Of a stretch of DNA of 32,000 bases, positions 19,564 through 26,271 are shown one piece after another. The stretch's first letter is position 1, and each line of letters starts with the position of its first letter. This DNA is from Abditibacteriota bacterium (GTDB lineage: Bacteria; Armatimonadota; UBA5829), in the NCBI GenBank assembly GCA_942493375.1, contig OW818698.1, forward strand, positions 5,494,528 to 5,526,527, in the 5' to 3' direction. Made by a program: the position numbers and the translations under genes. Below the pieces are notes generated by a model that was not told the DNA's origin, made no database searches, and saw nothing but the letters and a program-made list of their open reading frames with translations.

Positions 19564-20136
19564 ATGGAGAAGCTCTCGCAGTATAGAAGAGATCTCATGA
19601 TCGTAATTAATCCCAATGAAAGCAGGGTTGGAATAGATATGAAAGCAAAAGGAATATCAGATTACACTACTTTCTTTATGGTAGACCAAACTCCGAATGA
19701 AGTATATAATGCGATTAACAACGTTCGCGGGTGGTGGTCGGAAGAGATTGAAGGAAGCACAGACAAACTCGGTGCTGAGTTCAATTATCACTACCAGGAT
19801 CTCCATCGATGTAAAATGAAGATAACTGAACTAGTTCCCAACGAAAGAGTTGTTTGGCTTGTTTTAGATAATTACTTCAGTTTTACTAAGGATAAATCTG
19901 AGTGGATTGGCACGGAGATTGTTTTTGAAATATCTAGAATTGGTAACAAGACAGAACTCCGTTTTACTCACATAGGTCTGGTCCCCGAATATGAATGTTA
20001 TGAAGATTGCGTAGAAGGGTGGGGAAATTTTGTTAACGGCAGTCTGTGGAGCCTGATTACTACAGGTAAAGGGCAGCCCGATATTGCGCAGGCTGTCACT
20101 GACAGTGAGCGAACACTCGATAATGTGGCTTGGTGA
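19564..20136 (+). CDS. SRPBCC-superfamily protein (Aha1/START-like fold)
   Basis: The motifs VYNAINNVRGWWSEEIEG, AEFNYHY and a C-terminal GWGNFVNGSLWSLITTGKG are typical of AHSA1-type SRPBCC proteins. The start is ambiguous: ATG 19564, 19597 or 19639, none with a strong SD. Confidence 0.7.
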   Translation: MEKLSQYRRDLMIVINPNESRVGIDMKAKGISDYTTFFMVDQTPNEVYNAINNVRGWWSEEIEGSTDKLGAEFNYHYQDLHRCKMKITELVPNERVVWLVLDNYFSFTKDKSEWIGTEIVFEISRIGNKTELRFTHIGLVPEYECYEDCVEGWGNFVNGSLWSLITTGKGQPDIAQAVTDSERTLDNVAW

Positions 20137-20194
20137 TAACTGATTAGGTCAGTGGAGAATTGGATGTAAAGGTTGGGAACCTCTGTAACGATAG

Positions 20195-20737
20195 TTGTTC
20201 TCGCAGGATATTGTAGTAAGTCCCAGTCATATCGCCGAGGAAAGGAAAACATATTTGAAAGAACAGAAATCAGACTTATATGATCTGAGAATGAGACCTC
20301 ACCATATTATTGATATTATTTCTGATTATGGAAATAATGCCACATATGAACCAAACCCATACGGGCATTCTCTGCATCTTATTGCTCCAAGACTACTGGC
20401 AGATTTGGAGCTGAAAATTATGCTGGTGCTTGAGACAGATGACCTCTGCACAGGCTGTTGTCACATACTACCGGAAGGTAAATGTGATGATGTCCTGGCT
20501 CAGCTCAACCCATCTCCTTCAAAACAGGCATATAATGATGTCCTCGATTGCCGCATATTTGACCATCTGTCACTAGACCAAACCTGTATCCTGACCACCC
20601 GCAGATATCTTGAATTGATAAATGAGAAAACCCCCGGCATAGAGTTAATCTGCACACACCCAAAAGAAGACCCTAACGAGCGTTTGGCAGGCCTGATAAA
20701 TGGATTGATCAAACTTGGAATCCGCAGAACAGCTTAA
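20195..20737 (+). CDS. hypothetical Cys-rich protein, possibly DUF1284-like
   Basis: LRMRPHHIIDI near the N-terminus and DDLCTGCCH resemble my recollection of DUF1284 (RGHHLLC ... C..C). The track start is TTG 20195. An in-frame TTG at 20255 follows the purine-rich GAGGAAAGGA and is more plausible. ATG 20291 is also possible. Confidence 0.4.
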   Translation: MFSQDIVVSPSHIAEERKTYLKEQKSDLYDLRMRPHHIIDIISDYGNNATYEPNPYGHSLHLIAPRLLADLELKIMLVLETDDLCTGCCHILPEGKCDDVLAQLNPSPSKQAYNDVLDCRIFDHLSLDQTCILTTRRYLELINEKTPGIELICTHPKEDPNERLAGLINGLIKLGIRRTA

Positions 20738-20887
20738 CCGGCTCTAGAGTTTCACTTGTCTAATAAGTTGCGCTCCGAAGCGCTTGCTAACATTGATTGA
20801 AGCTTATTAGTAAAAATATCTATAAATGGTCTGATCCCTCGCTAATCTCTCCATCACCGTGCAAAATCCTTCTGGAATGACTGGAAC

Positions 20888-20912
20888 TAACTGTTGCAAA
20901 AATTGGTATAAT
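20888..20912 (+). promoter_or_regulatory. 13-mer TAACTGTTGCAAA (copy 2) followed by extended -10 TGGTATAAT
   Basis: The 13-mer lies at 20888-20900. TGnTATAAT lies at 20904-20912, about 44 nt upstream of TTG 20956. Confidence 0.45.
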
Positions 20913-20955
20913 GTATCTGATGTTTTACATCTAATAAATTATATGGAGAATTTAG

Positions 20956-21657
20956 TTGAAAAAGAAATCTGGATTCACACTTATTGAGTTGTTAGTTGTT
21001 ATTGCAATAATAGCTATACTAGCAGCAATCCTGTTCCCCGTATTTGCAAAAGCCAGGGAAAAGGCCAGACAGACAAATTGTATGAATAACTTGAAAAGTT
21101 TAGGCACTGCAATAATGATGTATTCACAGGACTATGATGAACTGTACCCGTTTGCCTATCTTGATACAACATATCTGGCTGGTGGCACAGCTACAAACTG
21201 GTATGGCAATTTGCAGCCATATATCAAAAATACCCAGATCTATCTATGCCCCAGCGCTCCTACTCAGGATCCGTATATAGGCAACTATAGTTCAAACAGA
21301 GGATTAATGCCATATCACCACGCTGGAAATCAGGTTCCGGCAATCTCAACCGCTTCAGTATCTGCTCCAGCAGAGATATACGCCATATTTGATGGCAGTT
21401 ATTTCTCATTAGCAAATACCGACCTTGCCCTGTGTGGAGCTTATCAAGCCTGGTTACCAGGAAGTGGACAAGTGAGCGGCATAGCCTGGCAGGGAGATGG
21501 TAACACTGCAAAACAAGCGGACTATAAAAATGGTCGCCACAGCGAAGGTGTAAACATGGCCTTTGCAGATGGACACGTGAAATTCCTCAAATCCGCAGTA
21601 GTCTGGAACGCCAAAGATCTGGGGATTAAGAATCCTTTCAATCCTACGACCTGGTAG
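20956..21657 (+). CDS. prepilin-type N-terminal cleavage/methylation domain protein, H-X9-DG (DUF1559) family
   Basis: GGAGA (20945-20949) precedes TTG 20956. The signal is MKKKSG|[24 protein letters not shown]. The C-terminal segment HSEGVNMAFADGHV matches H-X9-DG. A strong hairpin follows the stop. Confidence 0.9.
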   Translation: MKKKSGFTLIELLVVIAIIAILAAILFPVFAKAREKARQTNCMNNLKSLGTAIMMYSQDYDELYPFAYLDTTYLAGGTATNWYGNLQPYIKNTQIYLCPSAPTQDPYIGNYSSNRGLMPYHHAGNQVPAISTASVSAPAEIYAIFDGSYFSLANTDLALCGAYQAWLPGSGQVSGIAWQGDGNTAKQADYKNGRHSEGVNMAFADGHVKFLKSAVVWNAKDLGIKNPFNPTTW

Positions 21658-21668
21658 ATAGCATTTTT

Positions 21669-21701
21669 CCGAGAGACTGCCTTACTATGGCAGTCTCTTG
21701 G
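21669..21701 (+). terminator. 13-bp hairpin after pseudopilin gene 2
   Basis: The stem is CCGAGAGACTGCC (21669-21681), loop TTACTAT, GGCAGTCTCTTGG (21689-21701). It contains one G-U pair and starts 12 nt after the stop at 21657. A T-run precedes rather than follows it. Confidence 0.5.
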
Positions 21702-21803
21702 GAAAGTAAAAAAGGCTCCGTCCCATTATCTCTTCATTATCTCCAGTGTCATCCAAAAAGTGTCTGTCCCGATATCCCCGCCGATATTTCCGTGCGATAC
21801 CCT

Positions 21804-21836
21804 ATAATTGACAATGGTCAATTACATAGCTATTCT
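21804..21836 (+). promoter_or_regulatory. sigma70-like promoter (TTGACA-17-TATTCT) overlapped by a perfect 8-4-8 palindrome
   Basis: The -35 box TTGACA is at 21808-21813, followed by a 17-nt spacer and the -10 box TATTCT at 21831-21836. The palindrome is TAATTGAC (21805-21812), AATG, GTCAATTA (21817-21824). It lies about 70 nt upstream of ATG 21907. Confidence 0.5.
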
Positions 21837-21906
21837 TTTTACATAATATAACAAAGGTGCAGTATGGCCTGATACAAAACGGTTGTAGAATAGGGAGATA
21901 CGGCAC

Positions 21907-22638
21907 ATGCCTGTGTATGAACCACAGAAAACTAGTTGGAAATGGTGGCAGATTCTAGCTGCTAGTTGTGGCGGGATCATTCTCATTTTAGCGTGCACTA
22001 TAATCATTGGGTCTATCTACCTCACTAGACAGATCAGTAGGCATGTCTCCGGTATTATGTCGGGAACACCTCCCAAAAAGAATTCAACACCATATACAAT
22101 TTCTTCAGGTAGTGGTTTCTCAGAGTGCTCCCTGATTCTACCATCTGGATTCAACAAACTTACCTATTACTATTCCCTACCGAATCCATACGGAAAGTGG
22201 GGGGAAAGAAGTATCAAGATTACCGATAAATCCGGTAAGTCTCAGGAATGGCCTTTACCACAGTGTAAAATAAAGAATCTTAAGGTTGGTATCTATTGGT
22301 ATGAGGCAAAAAACGGAGTAGGACCTTTCATACGTTTTTATGATCCAGGTGAGAGTGCGGTCCTGGACCTGAAAAAACGTGAAGTAGGCGGGCTTTTCAA
22401 GATCAAAAGCTCGTATGTCGTTGCTGATTATGCATATAATGATACCAGTTTCTACTGGTGCACAAGGATCACGGATTCTTCAGGAAATCTATCTATAACT
22501 GATGCCCATGGAAATCCAGCAAGGAATGTATCCTCCGTCATCAACTCCGCAAATAGCACTTACCTGGGCACAATTGTTATATATGGAAATAAACTGGTCC
22601 TTATAAACAATCAAACCAGCACAGCTAAAGGCCATTAG
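21907..22638 (+). CDS. single-pass membrane protein with beta-rich C-terminal domain, function unknown
   Basis: GGGAGA (21893-21898) lies 8 nt before ATG 21907. A sigma70-like promoter lies upstream. The TM helix is WWQILAASCGGIILILACTIIIGSIYL. More basic residues follow the helix (TRQISRH..PPKK) than precede it. No domain is recognised. Confidence 0.6.
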   Translation: MPVYEPQKTSWKWWQILAASCGGIILILACTIIIGSIYLTRQISRHVSGIMSGTPPKKNSTPYTISSGSGFSECSLILPSGFNKLTYYYSLPNPYGKWGERSIKITDKSGKSQEWPLPQCKIKNLKVGIYWYEAKNGVGPFIRFYDPGESAVLDLKKREVGGLFKIKSSYVVADYAYNDTSFYWCTRITDSSGNLSITDAHGNPARNVSSVINSANSTYLGTIVIYGNKLVLINNQTSTAKGH

Positions 22639-22826
22639 CGTTACCAACGCAGACTCCAGCGAGTCCGGATTCGGCAGTTGTATTTCACTGAACTACTGAA
22701 AAAATGATGATGCTTTATCTGGGGGAATGGGACATTACCCGGGAACGCCAATCTCCGCATTGGCATTTCTATGACCAATTGAGGTCTCGATGGTCTGGAT
22801 CATCAATGATGCAGACCTGATTCCCT

Positions 22827-22840
22827 GGACATCCATGTCC
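22827..22840. promoter_or_regulatory. palindrome GGACAT-CC-ATGTCC upstream of the TIR gene
   Basis: The 6-bp arms are read directly from the sequence. The palindrome lies about 110-135 nt upstream of the candidate TIR starts. Its function is unknown. Confidence 0.2.
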
Positions 22841-22950
22841 ATCAGCATACACAAACAGTTCTTATAACTGCTATCGATTGGTGAAGGGGGGGATGGATGT
22901 CCGCGAGATTGTGCTAGGGTCATGGATCATCTGGGTAATCTAGAAACAGA

Positions 22951-24447
22951 TTGTATTTCAACCGAGGTGATATTTTGTTATACGATGTATTCATATCTCA
23001 TGCAAGCGAAGACAAGGACGAGTTCGTTCGTCCGCTTGCGGAGGCTTTACAACGAAATCGTATTAAGGTTTGGTATGACGAATTCAGCTTAACCGTCGGT
23101 GATAGCCTACGTAGGTCTATCGATATTGGTTTGGCAAAATCTACCTATGGCATAATAGTCCTCAGTAAGAACTTCATGAACAAGAACTGGTCACAATGGG
23201 AATTGGATGGATTGGTTCAACGACAAATTGGGGAATCGAGAAAAGTCTTGCTGCCGATCTGGCACAATGTGACTCAGAACGAGGTAATGGAGTTTTCTCC
23301 GCCTCTTGCGGATAAACTTGCGATTTCAAGTGGAATTGGCTTGGACTGCGTTGTAGCCAAATTACTCAAGGTGCTGAGACCTGAAGGATCTACTTTAATA
23401 ATCGCACGAGATGAATTGCTGGATCTCGGATATGAAGTGCCGGTTATCACCGATGACTGGTGGCTAGATATGGTTGAATTCTCCGCTTCCAATGATATGG
23501 AAGGCACATTTCAAGAGGCTATGGGCTGGGGATACTGGGGGTTTCCGCTTCCACCCAAGACTGAAAAGCCGTCTGACAGAGGTCATAGATTGGCGATGTC
23601 AGTGGCACAAAACTTCTGGCAGGAGAGGGCTGCTGATCTTCGAATCAGCCAGGTTACTCATCCAAATGAAGTAATGGACTTTATACAATCTACACCCGCT
23701 ATGGAGGATGTTTGTTGTGAGAATATAAATTATCTTATCGCATATGCTCCACAATTGACTATACGTGGTTTTGGGGGACCATTTGAAGATATCATTGAAT
23801 CGGTATATCTACAGTCAGTATGTAAATGTGGGCAGAAACGCGAGAAGCATCTCAGTAATGGAACTGGCCTGACAATAAATGGATTACCTCCGGCTTGCGG
23901 TGAAAACATAGCATTGCGACACCCCACTTTTGGAGACTATGGCGCTTCGTTTATTGCATGTGACTTTGTTCAAGGTGATATATTTGGTCCACCAGTAAAA
24001 GTATTTGCAGAGGTGGATTATGCTGCATGGTTGATATCAGATAAAAGCATATGGATGCCATCAGCAACGCGACAGTATCTAATTGATGGTATTGGGGAAT
24101 GGGGTGTATGGCCTTGGGTTGACAATAGAGTGCCAGACATTTATGACTTGGAACGATGCGAACCGTGGCCACATATGGGCGATTTAGTGCATGCAATAAT
24201 GGACTTCTGTGGGAGAAAAATAGTCGCGAACAATGTATTTACGGTGACTAGTAATCTATTAGATGATATCCAATATCGTCTGGAATATTCACGTCGACTA
24301 CTGGGTATTGATGACGACACGGAAGTATTAACTCGCCGATTTCTTGCGTCAGGTATTATCGAAAGGACATTACTGGACCGCGAATCAAATGATATAAAGC
24401 AGTCTCCAGATCATATGCGACCTGTTGTGGTTCTACAAACTGAATAA
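22951..24447 (+). CDS. TIR-domain protein with ~350-aa uncharacterised Trp/Cys-rich C-terminal domain
   Basis: TIR motifs are YDVFISHASEDKDEFV, IKVWYDEFSLTVGDSL, and GIIVLSKNFMNKNWSQWELDGL with the conserved Glu at 23200-23202. The track start is TTG 22951. The in-frame TTG 22975 follows GAGGTGA (22964-22970) by 4 nt and gives the typical MLYDVFISH N-terminus. The C-terminal region (DDWWLDMVEF, GWGYWGFPLPP, GEWGVWPWVDN) is not recognised. Confidence 0.9.
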   Translation: MYFNRGDILLYDVFISHASEDKDEFVRPLAEALQRNRIKVWYDEFSLTVGDSLRRSIDIGLAKSTYGIIVLSKNFMNKNWSQWELDGLVQRQIGESRKVLLPIWHNVTQNEVMEFSPPLADKLAISSGIGLDCVVAKLLKVLRPEGSTLIIARDELLDLGYEVPVITDDWWLDMVEFSASNDMEGTFQEAMGWGYWGFPLPPKTEKPSDRGHRLAMSVAQNFWQERAADLRISQVTHPNEVMDFIQSTPAMEDVCCENINYLIAYAPQLTIRGFGGPFEDIIESVYLQSVCKCGQKREKHLSNGTGLTINGLPPACGENIALRHPTFGDYGASFIACDFVQGDIFGPPVKVFAEVDYAAWLISDKSIWMPSATRQYLIDGIGEWGVWPWVDNRVPDIYDLERCEPWPHMGDLVHAIMDFCGRKIVANNVFTVTSNLLDDIQYRLEYSRRLLGIDDDTEVLTRRFLASGIIERTLLDRESNDIKQSPDHMRPVVVLQTE

Positions 24448-24496
24448 GTAAGAATAATGATGATCACTACGACATAAAAGGAATTATAAATACATT

Positions 24497-24649
24497 TTGA
24501 GACTCTTCACCTACATAGTAACCCACGACAGAGGCCTGGCTCCTATCAAAGGTATCAAAGAAGACACAGATATCAAAGAGGTCAGGCACCATTTCGCTCC
24601 CAACCCGGAAAACTCGAAAACCACTGCTCGTGCAAGTCGTTTTTTGTGA
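24497..24649 (+). pseudogene. 50-codon ORF, possible N-terminal remnant of a larger gene
   Basis: TTG 24497 opens an ORF that ends at TGA 24647-24649 and encodes MRLFTYIVTHDRGLAPIKGIKEDTDIKEVRHHFAPNPENSKTTARASRFL. It is below the 60-aa track cutoff, has no SD, and ends just after a T6 run (24640-24645). See findings. Confidence 0.2.
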
Positions 24650-24791
24650 TATTCGTCTGGTTGTTTTCTTTCGGGAAGTCCTGAACGGATGACAACTTTA
24701 ATTGGCAATTGAGGGGTATAATAATACTAGGTGAATATTTATCTATAAAGGTGTTTGCTGCCAGTAGCAGTTCGATGGAGAGTGCCTGAGG

Positions 24792-25241
24792 ATGAAGCTC
24801 AGAATATATCTCGATACGTCTGTCATTAGCGCCTACTTTGATGACAGGGCCCTAGATAGAATGGCTGAAACCAGGATGTTCTGGTTGAGGTTGCCAGAGT
24901 TTCAGGTTTCGACCTCTGTGCTAGTCCATCAAGAGATTGTACAGACGATAGATTCAGTTAAGCGCCAGCAAATGCTGGAGTTACTGAGTAAATCTCATCA
25001 AATGGATGTGACTCCTGAAGCGCACGATTTGGCGCAAGCGTATGTTGACCGAGGATTGTTTACATCAACAATGTATGCTGATGCTTTACATCTCGCTCTA
25101 TCAGTACTTACGCGTCAGGATATCCTGGTATCGTGGAATTTCAAGCATTTAGTTAACAGGCGAAAGCGTGCAGAAGTGATTCGGGTGAACACCGTTCTAG
25201 ACTTACCTGCGATAGAGATATTGTCACCACCGGAACTGTGA
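24792..25241 (+). CDS. PIN-domain ribonuclease (VapC-like toxin)
   Basis: The acidic PIN residues are in the usual order: IYLDTSV (Asp codon 24813), HQEIV, YADALHLA and VSWNFKHLV. GGAGAG lies 9 nt before ATG 24792. A TATAAT box sits at 24717-24722. Confidence 0.85.
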   Translation: MKLRIYLDTSVISAYFDDRALDRMAETRMFWLRLPEFQVSTSVLVHQEIVQTIDSVKRQQMLELLSKSHQMDVTPEAHDLAQAYVDRGLFTSTMYADALHLALSVLTRQDILVSWNFKHLVNRRKRAEVIRVNTVLDLPAIEILSPPEL

Positions 25242-25450
25242 GGTATTGGGCAATGAAGTATTTTGATTATGAACAAACAGCCAACGAGGCAGGAATATCA
25301 GAGCTGGATTTGCAGTCGATAATCCAAGCAATGTGCAGTGAGTTTCCGGATGATGATATGATGAGGGAACTCCATGTGCTAAGGGTGTGTATAGCAGTCA
25401 GGGATGGCAGAGTTGCATTAAATGATGTTCTAGACAGTCTGGCTGCATAG
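25238..25450 (+). CDS. small acidic protein overlapping the PIN gene stop, possible HTH partner/antitoxin
   Basis: GTG 25238 overlaps the PIN stop (GTGA). Alternatively, ATG 25253 lies 9 nt after GAGG (25240-25243). The segment YEQTANEAGISELDLQSII resembles a helix-turn-helix. The product is 65-70 aa. Confidence 0.5.
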   Translation: MRYWAMKYFDYEQTANEAGISELDLQSIIQAMCSEFPDDDMMRELHVLRVCIAVRDGRVALNDVLDSLAA

Positions 25451-25460
25451 CCTGTGATTA

Positions 25461-25495
25461 AATTGACAATTGACAATGGATAATTGACATTGAAA
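25461..25495 (+). repeat. degenerate tandem heptad array (AATTGAC x5) containing three TTGACA hexamers
   Basis: The heptads are AATTGAC (25461), AATTGAC (25468), AATGGAT (25475), AATTGAC (25482) and ATTGAAA (25489). The array lies 11 nt after the stop at 25450, in a spacer between convergent genes. Confidence 0.6.
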
Positions 25496-25558
25496 ACACC
25501 CTTCGATATTTCGATTTTACAGATTTCGTTACTTTAGCAGTCGGGTAAAACGAGGTAT

Positions 25559-25604
25559 CACCACCCTCTTTCCCAGCCCACTTTAAAAGAGGGTATTAGT
25601 GGTG
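25559..25604. terminator. bulged stem-loop in convergent spacer
   Basis: The inner stem pairs CCCTCTTT (25564-25571) with AAAGAGGG (25586-25593). The outer stem pairs CACCA (25559-25563) with TGGTG (25600-25604). On the minus strand a TTTT follows 8 nt later, so it may terminate the 29202-25696 operon. Confidence 0.3.
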
Positions 25605-25695
25605 CTTGGGGCCACGGGAACTTAGTCCTTTTGTATAGACCGTTTCGTGTTGGTAAGCATTAACGCAGGATACCTAACCATCCTCGTTATTCCGG

Positions 25696-26271
25696 CTATT
25701 TTACCGAAATCAATGACGACCCTATATCCTTCATCGTCGCGTGCAGGTCTTGTCTTTCTTGCGCCGGTTCGTTTCGCATTCCGGTAACTACTACTACCTC
25801 TTCAACATCGAATTCCAGCAGCTCAAACATGTGTTTCGTATAGTCAATATACACCTTGAACATGCCGGAATCAGGATTGCCCTGAGTAAACACCAGAATC
25901 AACTTCTTCTTCCTGGACTTTTCTTTGTAATGCGGAGAAAAGCGCGGGGAGATTTGTGCAAATAGCCTGTCGGTGAATATCTTTGCTTGGCCGCTCATCT
26001 GCCCCATGTAAATTGGTGATCCGAGAATAAGGGCATCGGCGTGCTCAAGTGCTTCGTATAGTTTCTGCATGTCGTCGTTGATAATACAGCCTTGGTCGTG
26101 ATCGCTCGTGTGGCAGGCCAAACAACCCTGGCACGGCTTGATATCAAGTTCGCTGGTGTACCAGATCTGAGTTTCAGCGCCTTGTTCATTCGCGCCTTCG
26201 AGTATTTTGTTTACTATCCACGCGGTATTGCCTTCTTTGTGCGGACTTCCAATAAAACCGATTATTTTCAT
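25696..26271 (-). CDS. flavodoxin-like NAD(P)H-dependent FMN reductase family protein
   Basis: MKIIGFIGSPHKEGNTAWIV, PCQGCLAC and ADALILGSPIYMGQMSGQAKIFTDRL are typical of FMN_red/iron-sulfur flavoprotein-type enzymes. The start overlaps the upstream stop (ATGA at 26268-26271). Confidence 0.85.
   Translation of the reverse strand: MKIIGFIGSPHKEGNTAWIVNKILEGANEQGAETQIWYTSELDIKPCQGCLACHTSDHDQGCIINDDMQKLYEALEHADALILGSPIYMGQMSGQAKIFTDRLFAQISPRFSPHYKEKSRKKKLILVFTQGNPDSGMFKVYIDYTKHMFELLEFDVEEVVVVTGMRNEPAQERQDLHATMKDIGSSLISVK

Noticed and set aside
20882-20898. Sigma54-type promoter reading of TGGAAC...TTGCA upstream of pseudopilin gene 2
   Set aside because: The GG-to-GC spacing is 11 nt rather than the strict 10. 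The first pseudopilin locus has no GG element at the corresponding position although it shares the TTGCA-containing 13-mer.
22735-22923. 62-aa minus-strand ORF in the spacer upstream of the TIR gene
   Set aside because: It has no SD and an unremarkable composition, and it sits where the TIR promoter or leader is expected. A 38-codon plus-strand ORF (MMMLYLGEWDITRERQSPHWHFYDQL...) in the same spacer is likewise unsupported.
22951-24447. Assignment of the TIR protein to SPARTA (TIR-APAZ), Thoeris ThsB, CBASS or Pycsar
   Set aside because: No short Argonaute, SIR2/Macro ThsA, CD-NTase or cyclase gene lies nearby. At 498 aa the protein is much longer than the roughly TIR-only ThsB proteins as I recall them. 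A distant APAZ-like fold cannot be excluded without a structure search.
24511-24708. 65-aa minus-strand ORF between the TIR and PIN genes
   Set aside because: It has a TTG start with no SD, and it runs antisense through the possible remnant ORF and into the PIN promoter region.
25461-25495. The heptad repeats as a CRISPR array or microsatellite of coding origin
   Set aside because: The units are only 7 nt long with no spacers, and the total length is 35 nt. This is not CRISPR-like and it lies outside any ORF.
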